A stretch of 64,000 nucleotides of DNA from an uncultured cyanobacterium. Lineage in GTDB: Bacteria; Cyanobacteriota; Cyanobacteriia; Cyanobacteriales; CAWCAG01. Position 1 is the first letter of the stretch. Each line of letters starts with the position of its first letter. Position numbers and translations under genes: made by a program. The notes beneath the pieces were generated by a model that saw only the letters and a list, made by a program, of their open reading frames with translations, did not search any database and had not been told where the DNA came from. This document shows positions 32,459 through 40,656 of this stretch, in pieces. The stretch spans positions 1,157,397 to 1,221,396 of the forward strand of contig CAWCAG010000007.1 of assembly GCA_963793425.1 (NCBI GenBank), written 5' to 3'.

Positions 32459-32483
32459 TTGAGATCATTGAACATTTATCATT

Positions 32484-32509
32484 GTTGGCGCTAGCCTTGC
32501 CGTAGGCTA
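32484..32509 (+). repeat. 26-nt small dispersed repeat (double mini-hairpin)
   Basis: GTTGGCGCTAGCCTTGCCGTAGGCTA; 25/26 identical to 57169-57194. Confidence 0.8.
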
Positions 32510-32544
32510 CATTTACCATTTTGAGGGGCAATCTGCCCCTTGCC

Positions 32545-32763
32545 TTACTGTTGGAACAGAGTTTCTAAATAGACCTTGGCACAAGCCCTATAGCTTTGAG
32601 AAGCAGGAGTTGTCTTGCTGGGGCTATTCTGGAGCAGAAACAAAGAAAGGGCTGCGGCAAAAACGCGATCTTGATCCCAGGTAGGATGGTTTTCTAAATA
32701 ATTCCTCAAAGATGAATGTAGTTCTTCGGGAATTTCGGCCAAGATGCTAACGGTTGTATTCAT
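32545..32763 (-). CDS. DUF2811 domain protein
   Basis: SILAEIPEELH..YLENHPTWDQDRVFAAALSLFLLQ...YLETLF. Confidence 0.85.
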   Translation of the reverse strand: MNTTVSILAEIPEELHSSLRNYLENHPTWDQDRVFAAALSLFLLQNSPSKTTPASQSYRACAKVYLETLFQQ

Positions 32764-33115
32764 AAAAGTACCTCACAAAATGAAAGTAGGGAAAAGCAAA
32801 ACTTAGAGATTAAGGGTAAAAGGCTGAAATTAGTCGTTTTTGTGAAAATTTAGAGAATAGTTTCGTGTTGACCTTGAAATTTATTTTCCTAATTCATACT
32901 TCACTTACAACCTATTTCGTCGGAATAAGGGAAGTTTGTCAATGTGGCGAAATGTTACAAACACCCAACTAAGTAATAATGAGCAACGTAATAATAGGGG
33001 TTAAAGCCACTTTTCTGTTACTTTTCTTCATGAAAACTGAGTAGTGTTCCTCAAGCAAGTGAAAAAAACAAAATCCCCGCTTTTAACCTTAAAGACTAGA
33101 TCCCTCGTTCAGGGC

Positions 33116-33187
33116 TGTGGAAAAGTCTGGGTGAATTGTGGAAAACCTTGAAAAACCCTGTGGAAAGACTGGGGAATCTGTGGGGGA
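33116..33187. promoter_or_regulatory. Cluster of DnaA-box-like motifs
   Basis: TGTGGAAAA (reverse complement TTTTCCACA) at 33116 and 33137, TGTGGAAAG at 33159, weaker copies at 33170 and 33179. Confidence 0.6.
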
Positions 33188-33310
33188 AATTCAGCTCTAA
33201 AGATAAGAATTGCAAATTTGTCAGTTTTGCCCCTTGTTTGGTTATTTGTACTTAAATTGAGGCTGTCAATTTGAACTACACTACAATCAAGCAAGAAGGG
33301 TAAAAAAGAG

Positions 33311-33934
33311 ATGATTCGTAAAATTTGGCAGTGGCTCAAACAGTGGTGGCGAGGGCTGTTTGCTGGTGAAAAAGCTGATGGAACAACAGAGCAGTCGTAT
33401 CAGCCTCAAACTCTTACAGATACTGATTATGAATTTATGCTCAATCAACTTTTAGAAGGGGTAGTTCATGGTTGGCAACAAAAACGTATCGAAGAGTTTT
33501 TTGCTCAATTGCAAGGGCGTAGTAGTACCCAAGAATGGATTACTTGGTTAAAAAGCTTCGGCGGGAAAGTTCTGTCATCTCAGGTAAAAAACCAAGAATT
33601 AGGTCGGCGAATGATGTTACTAGGAGAAAAAACTCAGTCTTCTTCTGTTCAAGAAATTGGTATCATAGCATCAGAAATTGGGCAACAATTATTACTACGA
33701 GAAACCAGCGGTGTCGTCTGGGAGTATGATGGCCCTGATGCTTTACCTGGCCAAAAAGAGCCACCAACCAAAGTTGAAACTTTTACGGTAGATGAACTGT
33801 CAGAAAAATTAGCCGCTGATGCTAATTTGCGGCAAACATTAGCTCAACAATTGGGTTTGCAAACAGATGATCCAGAAATAATTATTCAGGCTTTAGTGGA
33901 GCAGTTGCGCCAACAACAAGGGAGCGCCGAATGA
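33311..33934 (+). CDS. Hypothetical protein
   Basis: 207-aa ORF with an amphipathic Trp-rich N-terminus. Confidence 0.7.
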   Translation: MIRKIWQWLKQWWRGLFAGEKADGTTEQSYQPQTLTDTDYEFMLNQLLEGVVHGWQQKRIEEFFAQLQGRSSTQEWITWLKSFGGKVLSSQVKNQELGRRMMLLGEKTQSSSVQEIGIIASEIGQQLLLRETSGVVWEYDGPDALPGQKEPPTKVETFTVDELSEKLAADANLRQTLAQQLGLQTDDPEIIIQALVEQLRQQQGSAE

Positions 33935-34087
33935 AGCAGTTTTATTTTCTCTTAACTACTTTGGGGAATATACTTATAGAAAGCCTTGTTAGGTTACCTT
34001 AACAAAAATGGCTAAGCATTACATCAGGTACGCAGATTAATCAAGAATTGAGTTCATAACTTCCACCTCAATGGCATAACCAGTAGG

Positions 34088-35668
34088 ATGAACAGTAAAT
34101 CAAGGAGCTTAAATAGTGTAGATATTCTGATTGTTGATGATATCCCGAATAACCTACGCCTCCTATCCACCATGCTTGCAGAACAGGGTTACGAAGTTCG
34201 TAAAGCGTTAAGTGGTCAAATAGCTTTACTCTCTGCTAGGACTCAACCTCCTGACCTCATTTTACTAGACGTAAAAATGCCAGAAATGAGCGGTTACGAA
34301 GTTTGTCAAAAACTACAAGCGAATCAAAAAACTGCTCAAATACCTGTTATTTTTGTTAGTGCGCTAGACAACGGAGCAGATAAGGTAAAAGCTTTTGAAG
34401 TTGGTGGTGTAGATTATGTAACTAAACCTTTTCAAGAATCAGAAATTTTAGTCAGGGTCAAAAATCAACTTAGTGTTCAGAAACTACAACAGCAACTTAA
34501 GAAACAAAATTTTTTACTCCAAGCAGAAATTCGTCTTAGCCAAGAAAAAAGTAAGGCTTTACAACTTATTTCTGTGGGGACAGCTTCTGAAACTGGTTCA
34601 GAATTCTTTCGTGCTTGTGTGCGTTGCTTAGCAGAAGCCCTTAAGGTGCGCTATGCTTTTGTGACTGAAACTGTTGACCCCAATAGAACAAAAGTTAGAA
34701 CCTTAGCTTTTTGGCAAGGGGAAGAATACAGAGAAAATTTTGAGTATGATGTAGCTGGAACTCCTTGCCAAGAAGCACTACAAGGAGAAACCGGCTTCTA
34801 TCCAGAAAATTTACAAGCTTTGTTTCCTGAAAATACCCTTTTAGTTGATTTGAAGATCCAAAGCTTTTACGGGCTTCCTTTAAGTAACGTCTCTGGGGAT
34901 ATTTTAGGTCATTTGGTAGTAATGAATGACTCTCCGATGATTGCTGATTGTGGTCAAAATTCAATTTTACAAATTTTTGCTTCCCGTGCTGCCGCAGAAT
35001 TAGAACGTCTCCATGCCCAAGAAAACTTGCTCCTTGCTCAACAACGCTCAGATAAACTGTTACTAAACATCTTACCTAGTAGTATTGCTGAACGCCTGAA
35101 GCAAAATCAAGACAATATAGCAGACAGATTCGACTCCGCTACAGTCCTTTTTGCTGACTTAGTAGATTTTACGCCCTTAAGTTCTCAAGTTTCTGCTTTA
35201 GAATTAGTTAATCTACTTAACCAAATTTTTTCTAGTTTCGATAAACTTACAGAAAAATACGGTTTAGAAAAAATCAAAACTATTGGAGATGCTTACATGG
35301 TGGCAGGAGGGTTACCTATCCCGAAAGAAAGCCATGTTGAAGCCATTGCTGATCTTGCTTTGGATATCCAAAAATTTGTTGATTGCTTTAGCTCAGAACA
35401 AGGAGAAAAATTCCAAATCCGTATTGGCATTAATACAGGGCCAGTGGTAGCGGGGGTAATTGGTACAAAAAAGTTTATTTATGACCTTTGGGGAGATACG
35501 GTTAACATAGCTTCTCGTATGGAATCTCAAGGAATTTCAGGGCGCATCCAGGTCACAGCAGCAACTTATGAGTGCTTGAAGCACAAATATAAGTTCGAGT
35601 CGCGAGGTACAGTTGCAATTAAAGGGAAAGGAGAAATGGTTACCTACTGGCTTATGGGCAAAAAATAG
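34088..35668 (+). CDS. REC-GAF class III adenylate/guanylate cyclase
   Basis: ILIVDD..PDLILLD receiver, GAF, LFADLVDFT, KIKTIGDAYM, YDLWGDTVNIASRMES. Confidence 0.93.
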   Translation: MNSKSRSLNSVDILIVDDIPNNLRLLSTMLAEQGYEVRKALSGQIALLSARTQPPDLILLDVKMPEMSGYEVCQKLQANQKTAQIPVIFVSALDNGADKVKAFEVGGVDYVTKPFQESEILVRVKNQLSVQKLQQQLKKQNFLLQAEIRLSQEKSKALQLISVGTASETGSEFFRACVRCLAEALKVRYAFVTETVDPNRTKVRTLAFWQGEEYRENFEYDVAGTPCQEALQGETGFYPENLQALFPENTLLVDLKIQSFYGLPLSNVSGDILGHLVVMNDSPMIADCGQNSILQIFASRAAAELERLHAQENLLLAQQRSDKLLLNILPSSIAERLKQNQDNIADRFDSATVLFADLVDFTPLSSQVSALELVNLLNQIFSSFDKLTEKYGLEKIKTIGDAYMVAGGLPIPKESHVEAIADLALDIQKFVDCFSSEQGEKFQIRIGINTGPVVAGVIGTKKFIYDLWGDTVNIASRMESQGISGRIQVTAATYECLKHKYKFESRGTVAIKGKGEMVTYWLMGKK

Positions 35669-35816
35669 TAATTTTTGAAAACTCCTGTTCTCTTCTTGCT
35701 GTCTAGGTATTAAGAAGGAGGGTTATCTACTTGTTTACAATTATGTCTTGGCCACTTAACCTAGGCAAAGCGAGCAAAATAACTCTTTTTCATCTACTTT
35801 CCGATTACATAACCGA

Positions 35817-37640
35817 ATGAAGAGTAATCCCGCTAACACTGATAAGGAAGATATCCTGATCGTCGATGATACGCCGAACAATTTGCGCCTTTTATCTACC
35901 ATGCTCGTAGGACAGGGTTATGAAGTTCGCAAGGCGCTGAACGGTCGCATGGCGTTAATTTCGATTCAAGCAGAACCTCCTGACCTGATTTTATTAGATA
36001 TAAAAATGCCGGAAATGAACGGTTATGAGGTTTGTAAACAAATCAAAGCTGACCAAAAAATTAGTCATGTACCAGTAATTTTTATTAGTGCTTTGGATGA
36101 TGTCACTGATAAAGTGAAAGCTTTTGATGTTGGGGGAGTGGATTATATTACTAAACCTTTTCAGGAAGCAGAAGTTTTAGCCCGTGTCAAAAGTCAACTC
36201 AGTATTCAGAAACTGCAAAGACAACTTAGGGAACAAAATGAATTACTTCAGCAACAAATTCTCAACCGTAAACTAGCTGAAGAGCAGATCATTCGTCGCG
36301 CTTTATATGATCCTCTCACTAATTTACCCAATCGCGCTCTTTTCATGCACCGGCTGCAAACAGCTTTGGAATATAATCGTGACCTAGACAGTAATTTATT
36401 TGCGGTTTTATTTATTGACCTAGACCATTTCAAAATGGTTAATGACAGTTTAGGACATTTAGTAGGAGATCAACTTTTACGTCACATTAGTCAGCAGATA
36501 CAAACTTGTATTAAACCCCAAGACACCCTTGCCCGTTTGGGAGGAGATGAATTTGCGATTCTTGTGGAAAATATTGCTAGTGTCGAAGATACTATCGCCC
36601 TTGCCCAAAAAATTCAACAACAGTTTAAACGACCCTTTCAGCTAAAGGATCAAGAGTTTTTTGTTAGTGCTAGTATTGGTATTGCTCTTTGTCCTAACCA
36701 AGCAACAGGAAAATTATACGAGAATGTTTCTGACTTGCTTAGGGATGCAGATATTGCTATGTATCGTGCCAAGAATAAAGGTAAAGCTGGCTATGCGATT
36801 TTTGACAGCAAGATGTATCTTAATATAGTCAATCGTCTCAAGCTAGAAGCAAACCTCAGACAAGCTATAGAGCGCTCGAAGTTGAGCTTATGTTATCAAC
36901 CAATTATTACTTTGAAAACAGGCAAGATTGCTGGGTTTGAAGCCTTAACTCGGTGGCAACACTCTGAACAAAATTGGATTTCCCCTAAACAATTTATTCC
37001 TATAGCTGAAGAAACTGGTTTAATTTTACCCCTTGGTGCTTGGGTGATGAGAGAAGCAGCTAAACAAATGCGCCAGTGGCAACTCCAAGGTTGGTTGGAT
37101 AGAGAAGCAACAGTGAGTGTGAATGTGGCGGGTAAGCAGTTTGCCCAAGTTGATTTTGTTGAACAAGTGGAGACTATTTTACGAGAGGAAGGTTTGTCAG
37201 GTGAGAATTTCCGGATTGAGGTTACAGAAAGCGCTATTGTGGCCAATATAGACTCTGTTGTCGCTAAGCTGCGTAAGATTAAAAAGCTAGGGGTACAAGT
37301 ATCTATTGATGATTTTGGGACAGGTTATTCTTCTTTGAGTAGGTTACAAACTTTTCCCATTGATATTCTGAAAATAGACCGTTCTTTTGTTTACCAAATG
37401 GAAAACGGTCAAAAAAATCGCGAGTTAGTGAGAGCAATTGTTGATTTTGCTCATAGTTTAGGTTTAAAAGTGATTGCAGAAGGTATAGAAACTCCAGAAC
37501 AAAAAGTGCCTTTACAAATTTTAGGCTGTGAGTATGGGCAAGGATATTTGTTTTCTCAGCCCCTTCAAGGTGAGTCTTTAACTAATTTAATTGTTAATCA
37601 TCGTAGTCGCCAAGAAGATGATTCTGGAAACGGGATGTAG
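35817..37640 (+). CDS. REC-GGDEF-EAL diguanylate cyclase/phosphodiesterase
   Basis: Receiver domain, RLGGDEF, FEALTRW, DDFGTGYSSL. Confidence 0.95.
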   Translation: MKSNPANTDKEDILIVDDTPNNLRLLSTMLVGQGYEVRKALNGRMALISIQAEPPDLILLDIKMPEMNGYEVCKQIKADQKISHVPVIFISALDDVTDKVKAFDVGGVDYITKPFQEAEVLARVKSQLSIQKLQRQLREQNELLQQQILNRKLAEEQIIRRALYDPLTNLPNRALFMHRLQTALEYNRDLDSNLFAVLFIDLDHFKMVNDSLGHLVGDQLLRHISQQIQTCIKPQDTLARLGGDEFAILVENIASVEDTIALAQKIQQQFKRPFQLKDQEFFVSASIGIALCPNQATGKLYENVSDLLRDADIAMYRAKNKGKAGYAIFDSKMYLNIVNRLKLEANLRQAIERSKLSLCYQPIITLKTGKIAGFEALTRWQHSEQNWISPKQFIPIAEETGLILPLGAWVMREAAKQMRQWQLQGWLDREATVSVNVAGKQFAQVDFVEQVETILREEGLSGENFRIEVTESAIVANIDSVVAKLRKIKKLGVQVSIDDFGTGYSSLSRLQTFPIDILKIDRSFVYQMENGQKNRELVRAIVDFAHSLGLKVIAEGIETPEQKVPLQILGCEYGQGYLFSQPLQGESLTNLIVNHRSRQEDDSGNGM

Positions 37641-37715
37641 TAGGGTCAATAATAAAGATGCGATCGCATCTTTATCAAAGAGGTGCGATCGCTAAAATTA
37701 GTGATTCTATTTGAC

Positions 37716-38690
37716 CTAAACTAACTTCAAGTTAGGATACTCAGCTAAGATGTCATCAGTAGAAAGGGTATCTCCTGATGCTTGAGGAGTCCAAAGAACT
37801 TCTACTGCTAAGAGGCGATCACCACCTAAACCACCTACTTGGCGCAAAGCTTGTTGCAGATCGTCACTGCTATTGATTTGGGGTAAATCTAGTTTACCTT
37901 CAGCCCCGACAATGATGGTAACGATGATATATTCTCCACAGTCTTGTCCTTCTTGCTTAACTAGCTTGCCTTCTTGTTGTTGAGAAGCATCTCTTGAGCG
38001 TAGTTGAGCATTAACATTAGAGATAGTTTCTTCAGTAAACTTACTTCTTTCTGCTAAGGCTAACTGGTTGAATTTCGCCTCTGCGGCATCTAAACCTGCT
38101 TGTTGAGATTGAGTGGAACCATAAACCCAATATTCAGGATGGCGTAATAAAGAGAGGGTTGCTTCTTGGACAACTAAAGCACGTCCTGCGGCTGAACCAG
38201 TATCTGCTGTTTGGGCTAATTTATCTAGTTCTTGTTGTAAGCCACGGGCGTTGGCTAGTAAGCCTACTTGTACTTTGCCCACAGAAATTTTGCTGCTACC
38301 TAGTGTAGAGCCAATACCTTCACCATCGCCACCACCAAATCCACCACGGAAACTTTTAACTAAGAAGTTGGCGATCGCAACAAAAATGAGGATGGAAAAG
38401 ATGCTACCAAAGCCACCAAAGCCCATGAATGGTAGTAGGAAAGGAAAACCAAAGCCTCCCCCATAACCATAGCCATAGCCACCTCTGGGAACACCGCTGT
38501 AACCGCCTCCTCTGGGGGCAGAATAGCTGCGGCTACGAGGGGCGCTACGGAAAGAGCCGCCACCAATTCTACCTCCACTTCTGGCGGCTAAGGCATTACT
38601 AGCGTTTCCGAAGGCTAGCATGGCGACTAAACCAAAGATGAGGAGAGGTTTGAGAAGAGGTTTGATTTTGGAGAGTAATTGTTTATACAT
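37716..38690 (-). CDS. DUF1517 (FLAP1-like) protein
   Basis: ARSGGRIGGGSF, Gly-rich region plus TM, LLRHPEYW, EVLWTPQ..GDTLS. Confidence 0.9.
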   Translation of the reverse strand: MYKQLLSKIKPLLKPLLIFGLVAMLAFGNASNALAARSGGRIGGGSFRSAPRSRSYSAPRGGGYSGVPRGGYGYGYGGGFGFPFLLPFMGFGGFGSIFSILIFVAIANFLVKSFRGGFGGGDGEGIGSTLGSSKISVGKVQVGLLANARGLQQELDKLAQTADTGSAAGRALVVQEATLSLLRHPEYWVYGSTQSQQAGLDAAEAKFNQLALAERSKFTEETISNVNAQLRSRDASQQQEGKLVKQEGQDCGEYIIVTIIVGAEGKLDLPQINSSDDLQQALRQVGGLGGDRLLAVEVLWTPQASGDTLSTDDILAEYPNLKLV

Positions 38691-38739
38691 ATATAGAATT
38701 CTGATTAGCTCCGCATAGATGAAATTTTAACGACATTTA

Positions 38740-38753
38740 GTATCTCCAGATAC
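38740..38753. promoter_or_regulatory. Candidate NtcA site
   Basis: GTA-TCTCCAGA-TAC (GTA-N8-TAC) about 50 nt upstream of the DUF1517 start. Confidence 0.4.
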
Positions 38754-38798
38754 TTCTTAATCTATCTTAAGAAAGACCAGAAAAGGAGGTGGTTCAGG

Positions 38799-38814
38799 GA
38801 TCGGGAAACCGAAC
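38799..38814. promoter_or_regulatory. K-box-like element
   Basis: GATCGG-GAAA-CCGAAC, one mismatch to the cyanobacterial K-box GTTCGG-NNAN-CCNNAC. Confidence 0.45.
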
Positions 38815-39306
38815 AATTTTGCTGGTTGCTAGTTGCTAATGGCTAATATTGGTTAGTAAAAGCAGATAAATCAGTAAGGCTAATTCGACTAACCATGCCT
38901 TATATCATGGAGACGCTACGCGAACGATTCCTACCTCCCCAGCCAAAATTAAACTCTTAGGACATAAGTCTTGGTGACAGAAATAAGCCATGCCGCAAGC
39001 TTAGGTGCTATTTAAAGTTAAGATAGGTAATAGGAGTTACCATCATCTTCTATGACGATTTGCTTAGATATAGGTTGGGGAAAATAGCAATGGTTCTACC
39101 CCAAGTAAGATATTTGTAATAAGCGGGGATCAAAGAACCCAAAGTTTCTTACTATCAAGTAAAGTGGTTCTTTAAAAAAGAATTTGGTTAAGAACATGAC
39201 ATGAGCAGTAAAGTTGCCATCCCGGAAGATGTCCATTTTCTCCGTGAGAATTTTTCTAACCAGGCTCTTCTAGAATCACTTTGTTTGTTAGGATTACTCT
39301 TTAATT

Positions 39307-39699
39307 ATGTCACTTTTTAACCCCCAGCAGGAAAAGAGCCTGAGTGCTTTTTTGAGCGCCCTCAGCCACCAGGATGAATCTTTACCAGAAGGTCTACAAA
39401 AACAGCTTTATTCTATTGGTCAAAATCTAGATAATCGGGTCGTAGAGTTACCCACAGTTGCTGCTAGTCTGCCTAATTTAGACAAGGCTTACCGTGCTGC
39501 GTTAGCGGATGAACGAGCTGATGATGAGTCTAGCGCCACTCTTGTATCTACAGACCAGAAACAGAGTGATCAGCTTCGTGACCATGCAGTCAAAATTTTG
39601 ACAGATCCAGACCCAGTTCGAGCGGCTCAGCGAAAGATCCCTCGTGGGTTAGGGCAAATCGTTTCAAATCCCTTCAAGCGACTTTTTGGTCAGGGATAA
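39307..39699 (+). CDS. Hypothetical protein
   Basis: 130-aa ORF with ATG start and protein-like composition. Confidence 0.6.
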   Translation: MSLFNPQQEKSLSAFLSALSHQDESLPEGLQKQLYSIGQNLDNRVVELPTVAASLPNLDKAYRAALADERADDESSATLVSTDQKQSDQLRDHAVKILTDPDPVRAAQRKIPRGLGQIVSNPFKRLFGQG

Positions 39700-39857
39700 A
39701 ACCTTAAACCGACTAAATCAGCTTTTCTGGCCAACGGTCAGTTAAATCAAAGGTTGCGATAAGTATACTCATTAGCTCTGCGATCGCAGCTTGAGTATGC
39801 TTATTTTGATTCTCGGAGATGTCTATTGAATAGCGCTGTATTAATAAATAAGGGAGA

Positions 39858-40385
39858 ATGACTACTTCAAAAAGTCCATATAATATTGTTTCTGCCCAAC
39901 CTCATCATCTCAACAATTTACCCATCATTTCCTTGGCAGCAACAGCAATTTTTTCGGAGGCAGATATTCCTGCACATTTGCGTCAAGAAACAATACCATT
40001 GTCAACATTTGCCAAGGCGCAAAAGGAAGGTTTACTTTGGGTTGCGGTTGAGGAGGAGTATCATGAAGTGGTGGGTTTTGCTTTGTTGAGTCAGGTTTTA
40101 GGATACACTCACCTCAAGGAATTGAGTGTCCATCCTCAACATGGTCGTCGAGGAGTGGGAACATCGTTGATTAAAAGTGCGATCGCCTGGGCAAAAGCGC
40201 AAGATATTCCCACCATGACATTAACCACTTTTTCCCATCTACCTTGGAATGCACCTTTTTATCAAAAGTTAGGTTTTAAGATTATCCCTGAAGCAGAATT
40301 GAATCCTCAATTAAGGGAAATATGGCAGCAAGAAGCCGAAAACTTTGACAAATCTAAGCGTGTGGTCATGTCTCTTAATTTGTAG
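39858..40385 (+). CDS. GNAT family N-acetyltransferase
   Basis: LSVHPQHGRRGVGTSL acetyl-CoA motif; NAPFYQKLGF. Confidence 0.9.
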   Translation: MTTSKSPYNIVSAQPHHLNNLPIISLAATAIFSEADIPAHLRQETIPLSTFAKAQKEGLLWVAVEEEYHEVVGFALLSQVLGYTHLKELSVHPQHGRRGVGTSLIKSAIAWAKAQDIPTMTLTTFSHLPWNAPFYQKLGFKIIPEAELNPQLREIWQQEAENFDKSKRVVMSLNL

Positions 40386-40656
40386 AATAGCGAAAAACAC
40401 GGGGAAGTTGTAAATTAAGGTGTCGTTAGCTGTAAGCGTAACGCACCATCTTGAAGTAAAAAAGCGAAGACTACAGGAGGTTCGATCGCTGTAATTTTTC
40501 CCTGTCTCCTTATGAATAAATCACCTTCTCATCAACCTACCAGTAAACATCTTCATCGCCTCCTAGCAGTTTACACAATCAACGCCCTCTCATCATTTCC
40601 CCCAGAAGGGGGTGTCAATCTACGGCTTCGATTTACAGATAGAAAGCAGAATGGCA

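Noticed and set aside
33109..33339. 76-aa minus-strand ORF with FPQ repeats
   Set aside because: The repeats are the translation of the TTTTCCACA-like boxes; probably non-coding
39030..39300. Possible decayed gene upstream of the 130-aa ORF
   Set aside because: Only short stop-interrupted frames with no recognisable motif
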